Part shown: positions 25,275 to 35,075 of the stretch, piece after piece
How the letters are laid out: each line of letters begins with the position of its first letter
Numbering within the stretch: the first letter of the stretch is position 1
From: an uncultured Pseudomonadales bacterium
Lineage (GTDB): Bacteria; Patescibacteriota; Microgenomatia; UBA1400; PJMF01
NCBI GenBank assembly: GCA_964466145.1
Contig: CAYXMW010000001.1
Span: 1 to 45,069 of the forward strand
DNA length: 45,069 nt
Reading direction: 5' to 3'
The notes under the pieces: generated by a model
What the model saw: only the letters and a program-made list of their open reading frames with translations
Databases searched by the model: none
What the model was told of the DNA's origin: nothing
Program-made: the position numbers and the translations under genes

Positions 25275-26363
25275 ATGAAAATAGATCAGGCAAATAATTC
25301 TAGCTTTTGGTCAAAACTAAAAAAACCTTTTATTGGCCTCGCCCCAATGGATGGAGTTACAGATCATCCCTATCGATATATTCAAAAAAAATATGGCCAA
25401 CCTGACATCATTTACACTGAGTTTGCCACAGTAGAGGGTTTCTGCAGAGGAGTAACTGTACCATTAAAAGATTTGATTTTTGATGAAACTCAGCGACCAA
25501 TCATTGCACAAATATATGGTAAAACTCCTCAATTTTTTAGAGAAACTGCAACCGCAGTATGCCAATTAGGTTTTGATGGAATTGACATCAACATGGGTTG
25601 CCCTGCTAAAAGTGTGGCTAATGGTGGCGCCGGAGCAGCCTTAATCACCACTCCTAAATTAGCCCAAGAAATTATTAAAGCTACTCAAATTGGAATTCAA
25701 GACTGGGCTAATGGAAAAACAACCGCAGATTGCAAAAACATCACTCCTGAAATAACTAAGGAGATAGAAAAACGGCATGCAAACTTACCTAAAAAATATC
25801 AACAAAAACAAGTTATCCCAGTAAGTATTAAAACTAGAATTGGTTTTGATAGTCCAATTATTGATCAGTGGTTGCCAACACTACTAAAAACAAATCCAGC
25901 TGCAATAGCTATTCATGGTAGAACTCTTCGCCAAGGTTATAAAGGAAAAGCTGATTGGGAAGAAATTGGTAAAGCAGTGGAAATGGCTAAAGACACTTCA
26001 ATTTTAATTATTGGCAACGGTGATGTCTCATCTAGGGCAGATGCAATTGAAAAAGTGACTCAATATAGTGTCGATGGCGTATTAATCGGCAGAGCTAGTT
26101 TTGGCAATCCTTGGATTTTTTCCGACAAATATTCTAAAGAAAACATCACTGCTAAACAAAAGACCAAAGTCACCGTTGAGCATGCTCAATTATATGAAAA
26201 AACTTTTAATAAAAATGAAAAATACTCTTTTTTACCGATGCGTAAACATCTCGGGTGGTATATCAAAGGCTTTGATAAAGCTAAAGAAATTCGGCAAGAA
26301 TTAATGCAGACTGATAGCAGTCAAGATGTGATAAAAATTTTAACTCAATATAAATTAATTTAA
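25275..26363 (+). CDS. dus: tRNA-dihydrouridine synthase
   Basis: LAPMDGVTDHPYR, GIDINMGCPA and IHGRT motifs of the Dus family. Confidence 0.85.
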   Translation: MKIDQANNSSFWSKLKKPFIGLAPMDGVTDHPYRYIQKKYGQPDIIYTEFATVEGFCRGVTVPLKDLIFDETQRPIIAQIYGKTPQFFRETATAVCQLGFDGIDINMGCPAKSVANGGAGAALITTPKLAQEIIKATQIGIQDWANGKTTADCKNITPEITKEIEKRHANLPKKYQQKQVIPVSIKTRIGFDSPIIDQWLPTLLKTNPAAIAIHGRTLRQGYKGKADWEEIGKAVEMAKDTSILIIGNGDVSSRADAIEKVTQYSVDGVLIGRASFGNPWIFSDKYSKENITAKQKTKVTVEHAQLYEKTFNKNEKYSFLPMRKHLGWYIKGFDKAKEIRQELMQTDSSQDVIKILTQYKLI

Positions 26364-26379
26364 AAAAAGCTACATTAAC

Positions 26380-27624
26380 CTAATCTATTCTCATACTCAT
26401 ACTTAAACTTTGTCTGGCAATTTTTTCTGCTAGCCACGATGCAGCATTATGGACTTTAATTTTATTCCCCGATAGCTCAGTATCAAATACCTCAGGTCCT
26501 TGCCTGATTGTATTAGTAATCCAGAGTTCTTTAATAAGCGAGTCTCTTATTTTTTCAACTGCGTTATTTACCAACAAACCATGAGTGGCGATAAAAAATA
26601 TATTGGGTTGTCCTGATTCATCCCTACTAACCCCCTCTTTTGCAACAATGTTAGCTAAACCTATTACTGTTCCACCTCCAGCAACCATATCATCTACTGA
26701 AACCACAATCTTTCCATCCAAGCTTGGACCCTCATATGAATATGCCTTAGATTCTGCAGTCACACTGCTCCTGGATTTACTTATAAAACCCACTGACGGA
26801 TGACCTAAAAGCCTACTCGAATAAGCTCTATTTCTTTTAACCGCACTTTCATCAGCAGCTACAAAAACTATTTTATCTAAATCTATATTGTTCTCCACAA
26901 TTGGCATAAGAAACTCACTAGAAAAAAGAGTTGGAAATGGATTATTAGTAAAGCCAGCTATTTGCTCCTGATGAACATCAACTCCCATATATGCATTTGC
27001 TCCTAATGCATCTAGTGTGGTAAGTAAAGCTTTGGTTGCAATGGCAATTTTTGGAGCATCTTTTTTTTCTTGTCTAGCATAAGCCAAGTACGGAAATACT
27101 ACTGTAATTTTCTTAGCACCGCCTCTTTTGGCTGCATCAATAGCTAATTGAAGCTCTACAATTTGATTGTCTATCCCAAAATCTCCTTCTTCGCGAGGCG
27201 GGGAAAATGATTGAACTATTATTACGTGCTGCTCTCCAAGCTCATGCCTATATTGTGGAGATGCTTCCCCATCAGGAAAACGTCTCAGCCTTTCACTATC
27301 GTGATGACGCTCCATAACGGGATCTAACTTAGACATTAATTCAGTAGCAATTAATCTAGCTAGTTCTGGATTTCCGGAACAGGTTGTTAACAACACTTTT
27401 TTAGATTTAAGAATTTTGTGTAAAAATATCTCTGGCTTATCAATCCAAGTTCTAAGAAGATTGATAATTGAAGAATCAGTGGCAATATCAACAGGTGTTG
27501 AGGGAATCTCTGGAGAAGGAACCGGGCTATATTCTTTAATAATACTTGGAGTTAAACCCATCCAAAAAAACTTTCTAGGCAGGAAAAGTATTTGATTGAA
27601 GATGATCATAGCATAATTAAGCAT
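26380..27624 (-). CDS. prs: Ribose-phosphate pyrophosphokinase with N-terminal extension
   Basis: Core begins at KVLLTTCSGNPELARLIATEL. VVFPYLAYARQEKK and VDDMVAGGGTV are PRPP synthetase motifs. About 75-95 extra N-terminal residues, depending on the true start. Confidence 0.85.
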   Translation of the reverse strand: MLNYAMIIFNQILFLPRKFFWMGLTPSIIKEYSPVPSPEIPSTPVDIATDSSIINLLRTWIDKPEIFLHKILKSKKVLLTTCSGNPELARLIATELMSKLDPVMERHHDSERLRRFPDGEASPQYRHELGEQHVIIVQSFSPPREEGDFGIDNQIVELQLAIDAAKRGGAKKITVVFPYLAYARQEKKDAPKIAIATKALLTTLDALGANAYMGVDVHQEQIAGFTNNPFPTLFSSEFLMPIVENNIDLDKIVFVAADESAVKRNRAYSSRLLGHPSVGFISKSRSSVTAESKAYSYEGPSLDGKIVVSVDDMVAGGGTVIGLANIVAKEGVSRDESGQPNIFFIATHGLLVNNAVEKIRDSLIKELWITNTIRQGPEVFDTELSGNKIKVHNAASWLAEKIARQSLSMSMRID

Positions 27625-27652
27625 CTCTTTCTTGATTATTTAAAACTTAAGC

Positions 27653-27658
27653 TACAAT
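27653..27658 (+). promoter_or_regulatory. Putative -10 box (TACAAT) 9 nt upstream of the LCP ATG
   Basis: gcTACAATataaattgtATG, with no SD. Confidence 0.4.
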
Positions 27659-27667
27659 ATAAATTGT

Positions 27668-28768
27668 ATGAAAATGCTTTTTAATAATTTTTTAAACAAA
27701 ATTAAAACAAATAAAAAAAACTCTCTAATTGTCGCTGGACTATTAATTCTTACTATCTCCGCCACAACTACTTATTTTATTTCCAAGCCTAAACCTAGTG
27801 TTGAAGCTGAAAATTTCCCGACTGTTTTATCAGCCCAAACAGAGCTTGATATCTCTCAAACAGCCCCTGAAGATCTTACAACCCTAACAGTACTGTTATT
27901 AGGTTATGGTGGTGCCGGTCACCAAGGTGGATTTTTAACTGATGTCATCCAGCTTGCCCAGATTGATTTTGAAAAATCTCAAATTAACTTAATCTCCGTA
28001 CCTCGTGATCTCTGGGTCAAACTCCCCAACGACAAACAAGCCAAAATAAATACTGCTTTTACTTTAGGAGAAGACCCAAACAAACCCATTGCCAGTGGTG
28101 GTGAAGTTGCTAAGCAAATGGCTGCCGCCGTCACGGGATTACAAATTGATTATTTTATCGCTGTAGATTTTGTTGGTTTTAAACGACTCATTGGTGAAGA
28201 ACTAGACGGACTTGAAGTTAACGTACCTGAAACTCTAGATGATTTTTGGTATCCCATTAAAGGAGAAGAGCTCAATCCCTGCGGAATGACTCCTCAGGAG
28301 ATAGCTGGGGCAACTGCAAATTACTCTGGGTTTGAGCTAGAAAAACAGTTCGAGTGTCGTTATGAACACCTTTACTTTCCACAAGGATTAGTGAAAATGG
28401 AAGGTGGTGATGCTTTAGCATACGTCCGCTCACGTCATGGTTCTGCTGGAGGAGATTTCTCTCGTAGTCAACGCCAGCATGCATTACTCAAAGCCATTGG
28501 TAATAAACTTTGGTCAATTAAAGCACTCGAAAATGCGCCAGATTTTTTCAAAAAAACTGCTAAACATTTTACGACCGACATTGATTTGGAAATTGTTAAA
28601 TATTTAGTGCCAACATTAAAAACCACTAAAGACTTTGAAATCAAAAGTCTAGTCTTAAGCACGGAAAATGTTTTTACTACTTCTAAATCCTCAGCTGGAG
28701 CTTTTATCGTTATCCCAAAAACTAACTGGCAAAATGTACACAGCTATATACAACAACAATTAAATTAA
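27668..28768 (+). CDS. LytR-CpsA-Psr (LCP) family protein
   Basis: N-terminal TM, then LLLGYGGAGH...DVIQLAQID...LISVPRDLWV...AYVRSRH, typical of LCP phosphotransferases. Confidence 0.8.
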   Translation: MKMLFNNFLNKIKTNKKNSLIVAGLLILTISATTTYFISKPKPSVEAENFPTVLSAQTELDISQTAPEDLTTLTVLLLGYGGAGHQGGFLTDVIQLAQIDFEKSQINLISVPRDLWVKLPNDKQAKINTAFTLGEDPNKPIASGGEVAKQMAAAVTGLQIDYFIAVDFVGFKRLIGEELDGLEVNVPETLDDFWYPIKGEELNPCGMTPQEIAGATANYSGFELEKQFECRYEHLYFPQGLVKMEGGDALAYVRSRHGSAGGDFSRSQRQHALLKAIGNKLWSIKALENAPDFFKKTAKHFTTDIDLEIVKYLVPTLKTTKDFEIKSLVLSTENVFTTSKSSAGAFIVIPKTNWQNVHSYIQQQLN

Positions 28769-28769
28769 C

Positions 28770-29765
28770 TTACTTATTCAGTAGTTTTTCCACCAGCTTC
28801 ACATCAGGCTCATTGCCGATAAAAAGAGGAATCCGTTGATGTAGTTTTGTAGGCATTATTTCTAAAATATCTTGCTTGCCATCGCTAGCATAACCACCGG
28901 CTGCTTTAATTAAAAAAGCAAAAGGAATACCTTCGTATAACAATCTGAGTTTCCCATTGGGATATTTTTTATCTGCTGGATAAAGAAAGATACCACCTTT
29001 AAGTAAATTACGATGAAAATCTGCTACTAGTGACCCAATGTAACGAGCCGTTTTAGGTTTACCAGAGATATCTTGGTCTGTTTTCATTTGCTTAATATGG
29101 TCAACAAATTCTTGATCCCACTTAGGCTGATAACTCTCATTAACACTATAAATATTACTTTTTTCTGGCAAAGTCATATTCTCATGTGAAAGTAAAAATT
29201 CTCCAATATTGGGATCAAGAGTAAAGCCATGTATCCCTTGCCCAGTAGAATATACCAGCATCGTGCTAGAACCATAGAGTACATATCCTGCACAAACTGC
29301 ATTTTTCCCTGGTTGCAGGTAATCGCTCTCTTCTAGATTTTGCCCAAGGCTTTGCTTGCGATAGATGAGAAAAATAGTCCCCACACTCACATTAACATCA
29401 ATGTTAGATGAACCATCAAGCGGATCCATATGAACAATATATTCTGCTTGATCATGGTGATCTTCGTTGAATACGATTAAGTCCGGTTCTTCTTCAGAAC
29501 CAACTGCTTTCACATATGGTGATTGCTTGAGCAATCTCATAAAAATATCATGAGCATACTCATCTAACTTTTGAACTTCCTCATCTTGAACATTGGTTTT
29601 TCCAGCAGCACCTAAAATATCAGTCAAGCCAGCTCGGTTAGTTTTATGTGAAACTAACTTGGCCGAAATCATAATCTGATTAAGAATTTCAGCTAACTCG
29701 CGACTGCGCTGATTAAAAACATGAGACTTTAAAAGATGATCGATAAGATTAGTAATTGGTGGCAT
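28770..29765 (-). CDS. fbp: Fructose-1,6-bisphosphatase class I
   Basis: DPLDGSSNID and GKLRLLYE motifs; length is typical of class I FBPase. Confidence 0.9.
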   Translation of the reverse strand: MPPITNLIDHLLKSHVFNQRSRELAEILNQIMISAKLVSHKTNRAGLTDILGAAGKTNVQDEEVQKLDEYAHDIFMRLLKQSPYVKAVGSEEEPDLIVFNEDHHDQAEYIVHMDPLDGSSNIDVNVSVGTIFLIYRKQSLGQNLEESDYLQPGKNAVCAGYVLYGSSTMLVYSTGQGIHGFTLDPNIGEFLLSHENMTLPEKSNIYSVNESYQPKWDQEFVDHIKQMKTDQDISGKPKTARYIGSLVADFHRNLLKGGIFLYPADKKYPNGKLRLLYEGIPFAFLIKAAGGYASDGKQDILEIMPTKLHQRIPLFIGNEPDVKLVEKLLNK

Positions 29766-29789
29766 AGTATTTCCTTTCCCAATAATTTA

Positions 29790-31130
29790 CTAATCTGCTA
29801 AACCTCTCACATCGTCGTCATTACTCTGAGTAGCGCCAAAGTCAGCTGCAGTTTTAACTGGAACAACAGGCTTAACCAACTCATTTACTAGCTCAACTGT
29901 ATTGACCACGTTAAGTTGCTCATAGAAAAAGGAGAAGCGCTCGCTTAATGATTGGCGAATTTGAGCTTTGTTTTCTGCCGGGATATCCCAAACTGCTTGC
30001 TTAAACTCTCCCCAAGCTTTCTTACGAAACTTATAATGAAATTGCTCATCAGTTTGATCTGGTTTGTGCTCATCACTCATCGTCTCATCTAGCCAAGCAT
30101 AAATTTTATCTCGCAAATCCTTAGGGAAAGCCTCATGCTCGAACTGAATATTTTGAAAACCAGTTGCTAGATGAACTTCAACTGCTTCAGACTTAGTAAA
30201 TTGATTAAAATATTCATCTGGAAGAGTCGATGCGCCATGTTGAACAGCACCACCCATCTGATATTCATCTCTACTTACCTGAGAGACATCTTTTAAAACT
30301 GAGAAGTCAACGCTTATATCAGCTAAAGAGCCATCTGCTAAAACTACTCCACCGTGATGAGTGCCTGTTTGGATGCTGATTTTACTCATCCCCACCATAT
30401 CTTCCTTTAAACCCGCATTAAAACCGGACATGTAGGCTCTTAGATCTTCTAAAGTGCTGTTTTTACCACCGATGTGACCAATTTCACCACCTAGAGAAAC
30501 AGTCACTCCAGCTGGCTCTAAATCTCGCACAAAGTTGGCTATTTCTAAAGAACAATCAATATTTGCTCGTTGCTGTTCATCTTCAGTGGGTTTATCTAAG
30601 TCAACTAGAGTAGACATATCGATATCAATGTTATAAAAACCAGCCTTAATTGATTCTGCAATTAAATTTTTAATTGTCTCGATCTCACCCTCTTTAGGTA
30701 CTCCAGGTGTAACTGCTTTAGATTGAAAATGATCGCCCTGAACAAATAACGGCCCTGACCAACCTTCTCTAAGAGCTGCTGCCATCATTACAATCACATA
30801 TTCTTCAGGTCGTTGATCGGTGTAACCAATCTCAGAACGAGCAATCTCAAAAATTAAAGCCCCGACATGATGTTTTTTTGCAACTTCAAAGGCAGCTCGA
30901 GCGGTATCATAAGCCATACCACGAATATTCATCGCTGGTACAGTTAAGTTTTTGGGTACTCGCCCATCACCTTTAGCTATATAAAAATCATGAATAGAAG
31001 CAGGAATAATTCCTGCAGCAATAGCTTGTTGCCAAATTGAAAACCGAGCGGATTGCCTCTGAGCATCATCGCCAAAGACTGCTTGGTAAACCAACTCATC
31101 CATGGGGTGACTCAAATCTGGGGAGTTCAT
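29790..31130 (-). CDS. fba: Class II fructose/ketose-bisphosphate aldolase (long form)
   Basis: PAMNIRG, VQGDHF, GGEIGHIGG and TGTHHGG contexts of class II aldolase metal and substrate sites. Confidence 0.8.
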   Translation of the reverse strand: MNSPDLSHPMDELVYQAVFGDDAQRQSARFSIWQQAIAAGIIPASIHDFYIAKGDGRVPKNLTVPAMNIRGMAYDTARAAFEVAKKHHVGALIFEIARSEIGYTDQRPEEYVIVMMAAALREGWSGPLFVQGDHFQSKAVTPGVPKEGEIETIKNLIAESIKAGFYNIDIDMSTLVDLDKPTEDEQQRANIDCSLEIANFVRDLEPAGVTVSLGGEIGHIGGKNSTLEDLRAYMSGFNAGLKEDMVGMSKISIQTGTHHGGVVLADGSLADISVDFSVLKDVSQVSRDEYQMGGAVQHGASTLPDEYFNQFTKSEAVEVHLATGFQNIQFEHEAFPKDLRDKIYAWLDETMSDEHKPDQTDEQFHYKFRKKAWGEFKQAVWDIPAENKAQIRQSLSERFSFFYEQLNVVNTVELVNELVKPVVPVKTAADFGATQSNDDDVRGLAD

Positions 31131-31211
31131 AAATAAAATCCTTTTTATTTATTACTAAGAAATTCATTATACACAAACCATATGAATTAACAGCAATTCC
31201 TACATTGAGAT

Positions 31212-32315
31212 TCAAATCCAGCCACCAATAATTACGACTCCCATGATTAGCATAATTATGCCAGCAACTAAGTGAAGTGTTTTTAATCTTTTTTGACGAA
31301 TTTCCTCTGCCTTAGCTGGATCAAATCCTTTGTAAACTGCCACTGATATTAAAATCATCGGCAACACAAAAATTAAGTTATATATTATTAAATAAATCAC
31401 TGCTTTAGTTTGTGAAACTGCATTTGCCAACATTCCTAAAATCACGATATAAGGACCACTCGTACAAGGTAATAAAAACAAACTAATAATAAAGCCAATT
31501 CCAAATGCTCCAACTGGATTTGTGACTGAGTGCATCAATTTTTTAAGATTTGGACGCCAACTCATTGGTACTTCCATCAATACACCCTTGCCATACCACA
31601 ACCAGTCTTTAAGATTTAACAATCCTAAAACTATTGCCATCCAACCAACTACTTTAAAAAATGCATTAGACAAACCACCTAGCTCCAAAGCCTTATATAA
31701 ACCTAAACCCATTAAAAAATAAGAAATAAAAATTGAGCTAGCAAAAGCCAAACCAGATTTGAGAGCTTTCTTACCATTTCCAGCCGCTAAAATAGTACTC
31801 ATTAAAATTATTAAAACTGCAAAAGCACAAGGATTAACAGCGTCAACAATACTAGCACCAATCACTGCTGTTAAAGTCAGATCTAAAGTAATAGGAGCAT
31901 CAAAACTATCTCGATCTAATTCCTCTTGCTGATCAGCATCATCAATAACATCTGTTAGTAAAAACTTATCTGCTTCAGTAACAAAATTATCAATTATAGA
32001 TTTATCTCCTAAAATAACTTGGTCACCAATTATCACTAAAGGCACACCCCGCTTATTTTCTGGTACACCCAACTTTGTTAAGAGAGAACTAAATAAGAGG
32101 GCATTATCTCGATTAGAATAAATTTCTTTTTTTTCAACTGGATATTTAGCATACAAATCTTGAGTTTCAAAATATTCTTCAACAATAGAACAGTGAGGAC
32201 AACCCTGACCATAAAATAAATAAATTTTTGAGTTCTCTTGTGCTTGAGCTACTTGAACTGCAATTACAAATATAAAAATAAATAATAAACTTAATTTAAC
32301 TAATCTTTTAATCAT
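31212..32315 (-). CDS. Fusion of secreted thioredoxin/glutaredoxin-like domain (CPHC) with a CcdA/DsbD-type membrane domain
   Basis: Signal peptide, YLFYGQGCPHCSIVEEYF, then TM core with NPCAFAVL and LLPCTSGPY signature Cys contexts. Confidence 0.75.
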   Translation of the reverse strand: MIKRLVKLSLLFIFIFVIAVQVAQAQENSKIYLFYGQGCPHCSIVEEYFETQDLYAKYPVEKKEIYSNRDNALLFSSLLTKLGVPENKRGVPLVIIGDQVILGDKSIIDNFVTEADKFLLTDVIDDADQQEELDRDSFDAPITLDLTLTAVIGASIVDAVNPCAFAVLIILMSTILAAGNGKKALKSGLAFASSIFISYFLMGLGLYKALELGGLSNAFFKVVGWMAIVLGLLNLKDWLWYGKGVLMEVPMSWRPNLKKLMHSVTNPVGAFGIGFIISLFLLPCTSGPYIVILGMLANAVSQTKAVIYLIIYNLIFVLPMILISVAVYKGFDPAKAEEIRQKRLKTLHLVAGIIMLIMGVVIIGGWI

Positions 32316-33433
32316 TGTTTTTCCTGTTTACTAAAAATATAAGCTGCCATTATTGTAGCTAATGGCGCAGCTAAAACCAAGCCAATACTACCAACTAACA
32401 TCCGCACAATCTCTTCGGCAATTAGTTCATACTCTAAAATATCTAAAAAAGTTTTTTGACTATCAAAAAAAAGTAATAATAATGGTAAAGATGAACCTGA
32501 ATAAACTAATACTAAAGTATTAACCATTGAAGAAACGTGATCTTGTCCAACCCTCATCCCATCTTTAAATAACTCTAAAAAATTTATCTCAGGCTTTGCT
32601 TTTTTAAGTTGCTTGACTACAGATGCCTGACCGATAGTCACATCATCTAGAATTCCTAAAGTTCCGATAATAATACCTGCTAAAAGCAAACCTCTGATAT
32701 CGATCGCACCCTGTTTCTCTACTTGTAAAAATCCTGCTTCTTCAGAGGCAAAACCAGTCAAATAAGTAGCGTCTGCAAAATAAGTAGCCAACAAACCAGT
32801 GATAATCAAACCAATAAAAGTTGCTGCTATTCCAACGTGGGTTTTTTTATTAAACCCATGAGAAATATAAAAAGTGGTCGGAATAATAATTACCGAACCT
32901 AAAATTGCAGCTAAAATAGGGTTAATACCTTGGATAATTAATGGAATAATAAGTTTAAAAATAACCACAAATGAAGTTAACAACCCCAATAAAGATAGGA
33001 CACCCCAAATTCTCCCCACTAGTAACACCACTATTATAAATAGGAGCACTAGTATTAGTAAGCCACCACGCTTAACCATGCCATCAAGAGAATAAATCGT
33101 TTCTCCATTCATATCTTGCTGTGTAAAAATTTTAACTTTATCTCCTATTTGGTACTGTTGATACTTAGCACCAACTACTTCTAAGCCTGCGGCTGAGTTT
33201 TCAACTTTAATTAACTCATCCGTTTTCTCTCCTTTAGTAACTCTAATCTCTAACTCTTGAAACTCAACTAATTCATCTAAAAAACTTTTCTTACCACTAT
33301 CTATAATTTTAGTGATCACACCTTCCTTAGCCTCAATAGCAACTTCTTGAGCAAATACATCTGGAGAAATATTTATAAAAAAAACTATAAAAATAATTAA
33401 TGATAAAAAAATACGAATCAAAAGTCGTTGCAT
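32312..33433 (-). CDS. YibE/F-like polytopic membrane protein
   Basis: Signal/TM, about 110-aa extracytoplasmic domain, then multiple TMs (IIPTTFYISHGFNKKTH...). Its stop overlaps the start of the downstream fusion gene (ATGA). Confidence 0.55.
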   Translation of the reverse strand: MQRLLIRIFLSLIIFIVFFINISPDVFAQEVAIEAKEGVITKIIDSGKKSFLDELVEFQELEIRVTKGEKTDELIKVENSAAGLEVVGAKYQQYQIGDKVKIFTQQDMNGETIYSLDGMVKRGGLLILVLLFIIVVLLVGRIWGVLSLLGLLTSFVVIFKLIIPLIIQGINPILAAILGSVIIIPTTFYISHGFNKKTHVGIAATFIGLIITGLLATYFADATYLTGFASEEAGFLQVEKQGAIDIRGLLLAGIIIGTLGILDDVTIGQASVVKQLKKAKPEINFLELFKDGMRVGQDHVSSMVNTLVLVYSGSSLPLLLLFFDSQKTFLDILEYELIAEEIVRMLVGSIGLVLAAPLATIMAAYIFSKQEKQ

Positions 33434-33441
33434 AAAGTGTA

Positions 33442-33447
33442 ATTATA
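33442..33447 (-). promoter_or_regulatory. Putative -10 box (TATAAT) 8 nt upstream of the YibE/F-like ATG
   Basis: The minus strand reads gtcgTATAATtacactttATG, with no SD. Confidence 0.4.
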
Positions 33448-33501
33448 CGACTATTTTTTTAAATAAAAAGAGAAAAATAACTAGATCTAAAAGCCTATAA
33501 C

Positions 33502-33530
33502 TTGCATACATATAAACAGTGTGTTACAAT
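33502..33530 (+). promoter_or_regulatory. Putative promoter of the DEAD-box helicase gene (TTGCAT-17-TACAAT)
   Basis: -35 TTGCAT 33502-33507, 17-nt spacer, -10 TACAAT 33525-33530. Predicts a U/C-rich 5' UTR of about 130 nt. Confidence 0.5.
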
Positions 33531-33664
33531 CACTTTTGTTAAAATAAAAATACCCAATGGGTTTAAGCTCGCAGATAGATTTTTGAATCTTCGTTTTTTT
33601 CAATTTTCCAAGTTTTTTGCTTCTTGTCTTTTGCCTCTCGTATTTATAAAGAAAGAAGTATTGT

Positions 33665-34876
33665 ATGTATCGTTCAAGACGATCTTTTTCTAATTCTAGA
33701 AGCAATCATCGTGGTGGCAATAATCGTCGCCCCGGTAGATTTTCTAGAGGTAGAGGAAGAAGAGGAAAAAATGGATCTTTTGATCCCTCAATGTTAATTA
33801 AAAAAGCTGTCAGAGATGTCGCTCCTAAACCAACATGTGTGGTAGAAAATAAATTTGTTGATTTTGCTATTAGCGATCAACTTAAACACAACATTGTTGC
33901 TAGAGGTTATGAAGACCCTACTCCGATTCAGGATCAAATTATCCCTCATGTTTTAGAGGGCAGAGATGTGGTTGGCTTAGCTAACACCGGCACTGGTAAA
34001 ACAGCTGCCTTCCTCGTTCCTTTGATTGATAATATTTATCAGCGAAAATCTAAAAAAGTACTTATCATGGCACCAACTAGAGAATTGGCGGTTCAAATAG
34101 AATCAGAACTAAGACTCTTTACCAGAGGCATGAGAATAAATTCTAGCTTATGCATCGGTGGGGCATCGATCAATCGTCAAATTGATTCTTTGCGAAGAAA
34201 TCCAGAATTTGTCATTGGTACTCCAGGTAGATTAATTGACTTGGAAAAACGTAGATTTTTAGATTTCAATTCTTTCTCAACCATTGTTCTAGACGAAGTC
34301 GATCGAATGTTTGATATGGGCTTTATCCATGATATGAAATATGTGATTGCTCGCCTCCCACAAGATCGACATTCTCTATTTTTCTCCGCTACACTACCTC
34401 GTAAACTAGATGAGGTTGTCAATAGTTTCTCGACTAACCCTATTAAAATAGAAGTAGAAACTCAAAAAGCTTCTACCAACGTTGATCAAGACGTCATTAA
34501 AATTAATGGTCAATCAAAAGTAGACTTACTAGATGATTTATTAAATCAAGAAGGCTTCAATAAAGTTTTGGTTTTTGGTAGAACCAAACGTGGCTTAGAC
34601 AAGCTAGATAGAACTTTATATAAAAGAGGTTTTAGTGTCGCTGCTATCCACGGTAATAAATCTCAGAGTCAACGCCAACGAGTTCTTAAACAATTCAAGA
34701 AAAGTAATATTCAAGTACTTCTAGCAACTGACATCGCTTCTAGAGGCTTAGATATTGATGATGTAACTCACGTCATTAACTACGACCTTCCCCAAACAAA
34801 GGATGATTATATCCATCGTATCGGTAGAACCGGTAGAGCTAATAAAACTGGGATTGCTTTAAGTTTTGTGGATTAA
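33665..34876 (+). CDS. DEAD-box ATP-dependent RNA helicase with Arg/Gly/Ser-rich N-terminal tail
   Basis: Q-motif region (FAISDQL...PTPIQ), motif I ANTGTGKTAAF, motif II VLDEVD (DEVD variant), SAT, HRIGRTGRA. The first ~40 aa are R/G/S/N-rich. Confidence 0.9.
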   Translation: MYRSRRSFSNSRSNHRGGNNRRPGRFSRGRGRRGKNGSFDPSMLIKKAVRDVAPKPTCVVENKFVDFAISDQLKHNIVARGYEDPTPIQDQIIPHVLEGRDVVGLANTGTGKTAAFLVPLIDNIYQRKSKKVLIMAPTRELAVQIESELRLFTRGMRINSSLCIGGASINRQIDSLRRNPEFVIGTPGRLIDLEKRRFLDFNSFSTIVLDEVDRMFDMGFIHDMKYVIARLPQDRHSLFFSATLPRKLDEVVNSFSTNPIKIEVETQKASTNVDQDVIKINGQSKVDLLDDLLNQEGFNKVLVFGRTKRGLDKLDRTLYKRGFSVAAIHGNKSQSQRQRVLKQFKKSNIQVLLATDIASRGLDIDDVTHVINYDLPQTKDDYIHRIGRTGRANKTGIALSFVD

Positions 34877-35062
34877 TCCTCCATAAGGTTAATCTCCCAA
34901 AAAAACTGCCCTAACCAATCAAGCATCCTATTCTTCTTAAAAGTATTTTTTGAGATAAGATTATTCTTTTCTTTACTATCTTTGTTAAGGTCATATGGTT
35001 ATTCAAAAAACAGCAATATCTCTGCATGGAGTCTTAAAAGAAAATATTTTTTCTAAATAGGG

Positions 35063-35068
35063 TATAAT
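35063..35068 (+). promoter_or_regulatory. Putative -10 box (TATAAT) 7 nt upstream of the malQ ATG
   Basis: atAGGGTATAATTAAgcttATG, with no SD. Confidence 0.45.
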
Positions 35069-35075
35069 TAAGCTT

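Noticed and set aside
33487-33705. ORFs 33487-33705 (-) and 33502-33693 (+) in the spacer upstream of the DEAD-box helicase
   Set aside because: They overlap a near-consensus promoter and a U-rich leader, have an implausible composition and lack start signals. The region is better explained as promoter plus 5' UTR.
34995-35060. 21-codon ORF (MVIQKTAISLHGVLKENIFSK) in the helicase-malQ spacer
   Set aside because: It has only a weak AAGG upstream, is not coupled to malQ (it ends before the malQ -10 box) and has no repeated motif. I cannot support it from sequence alone.
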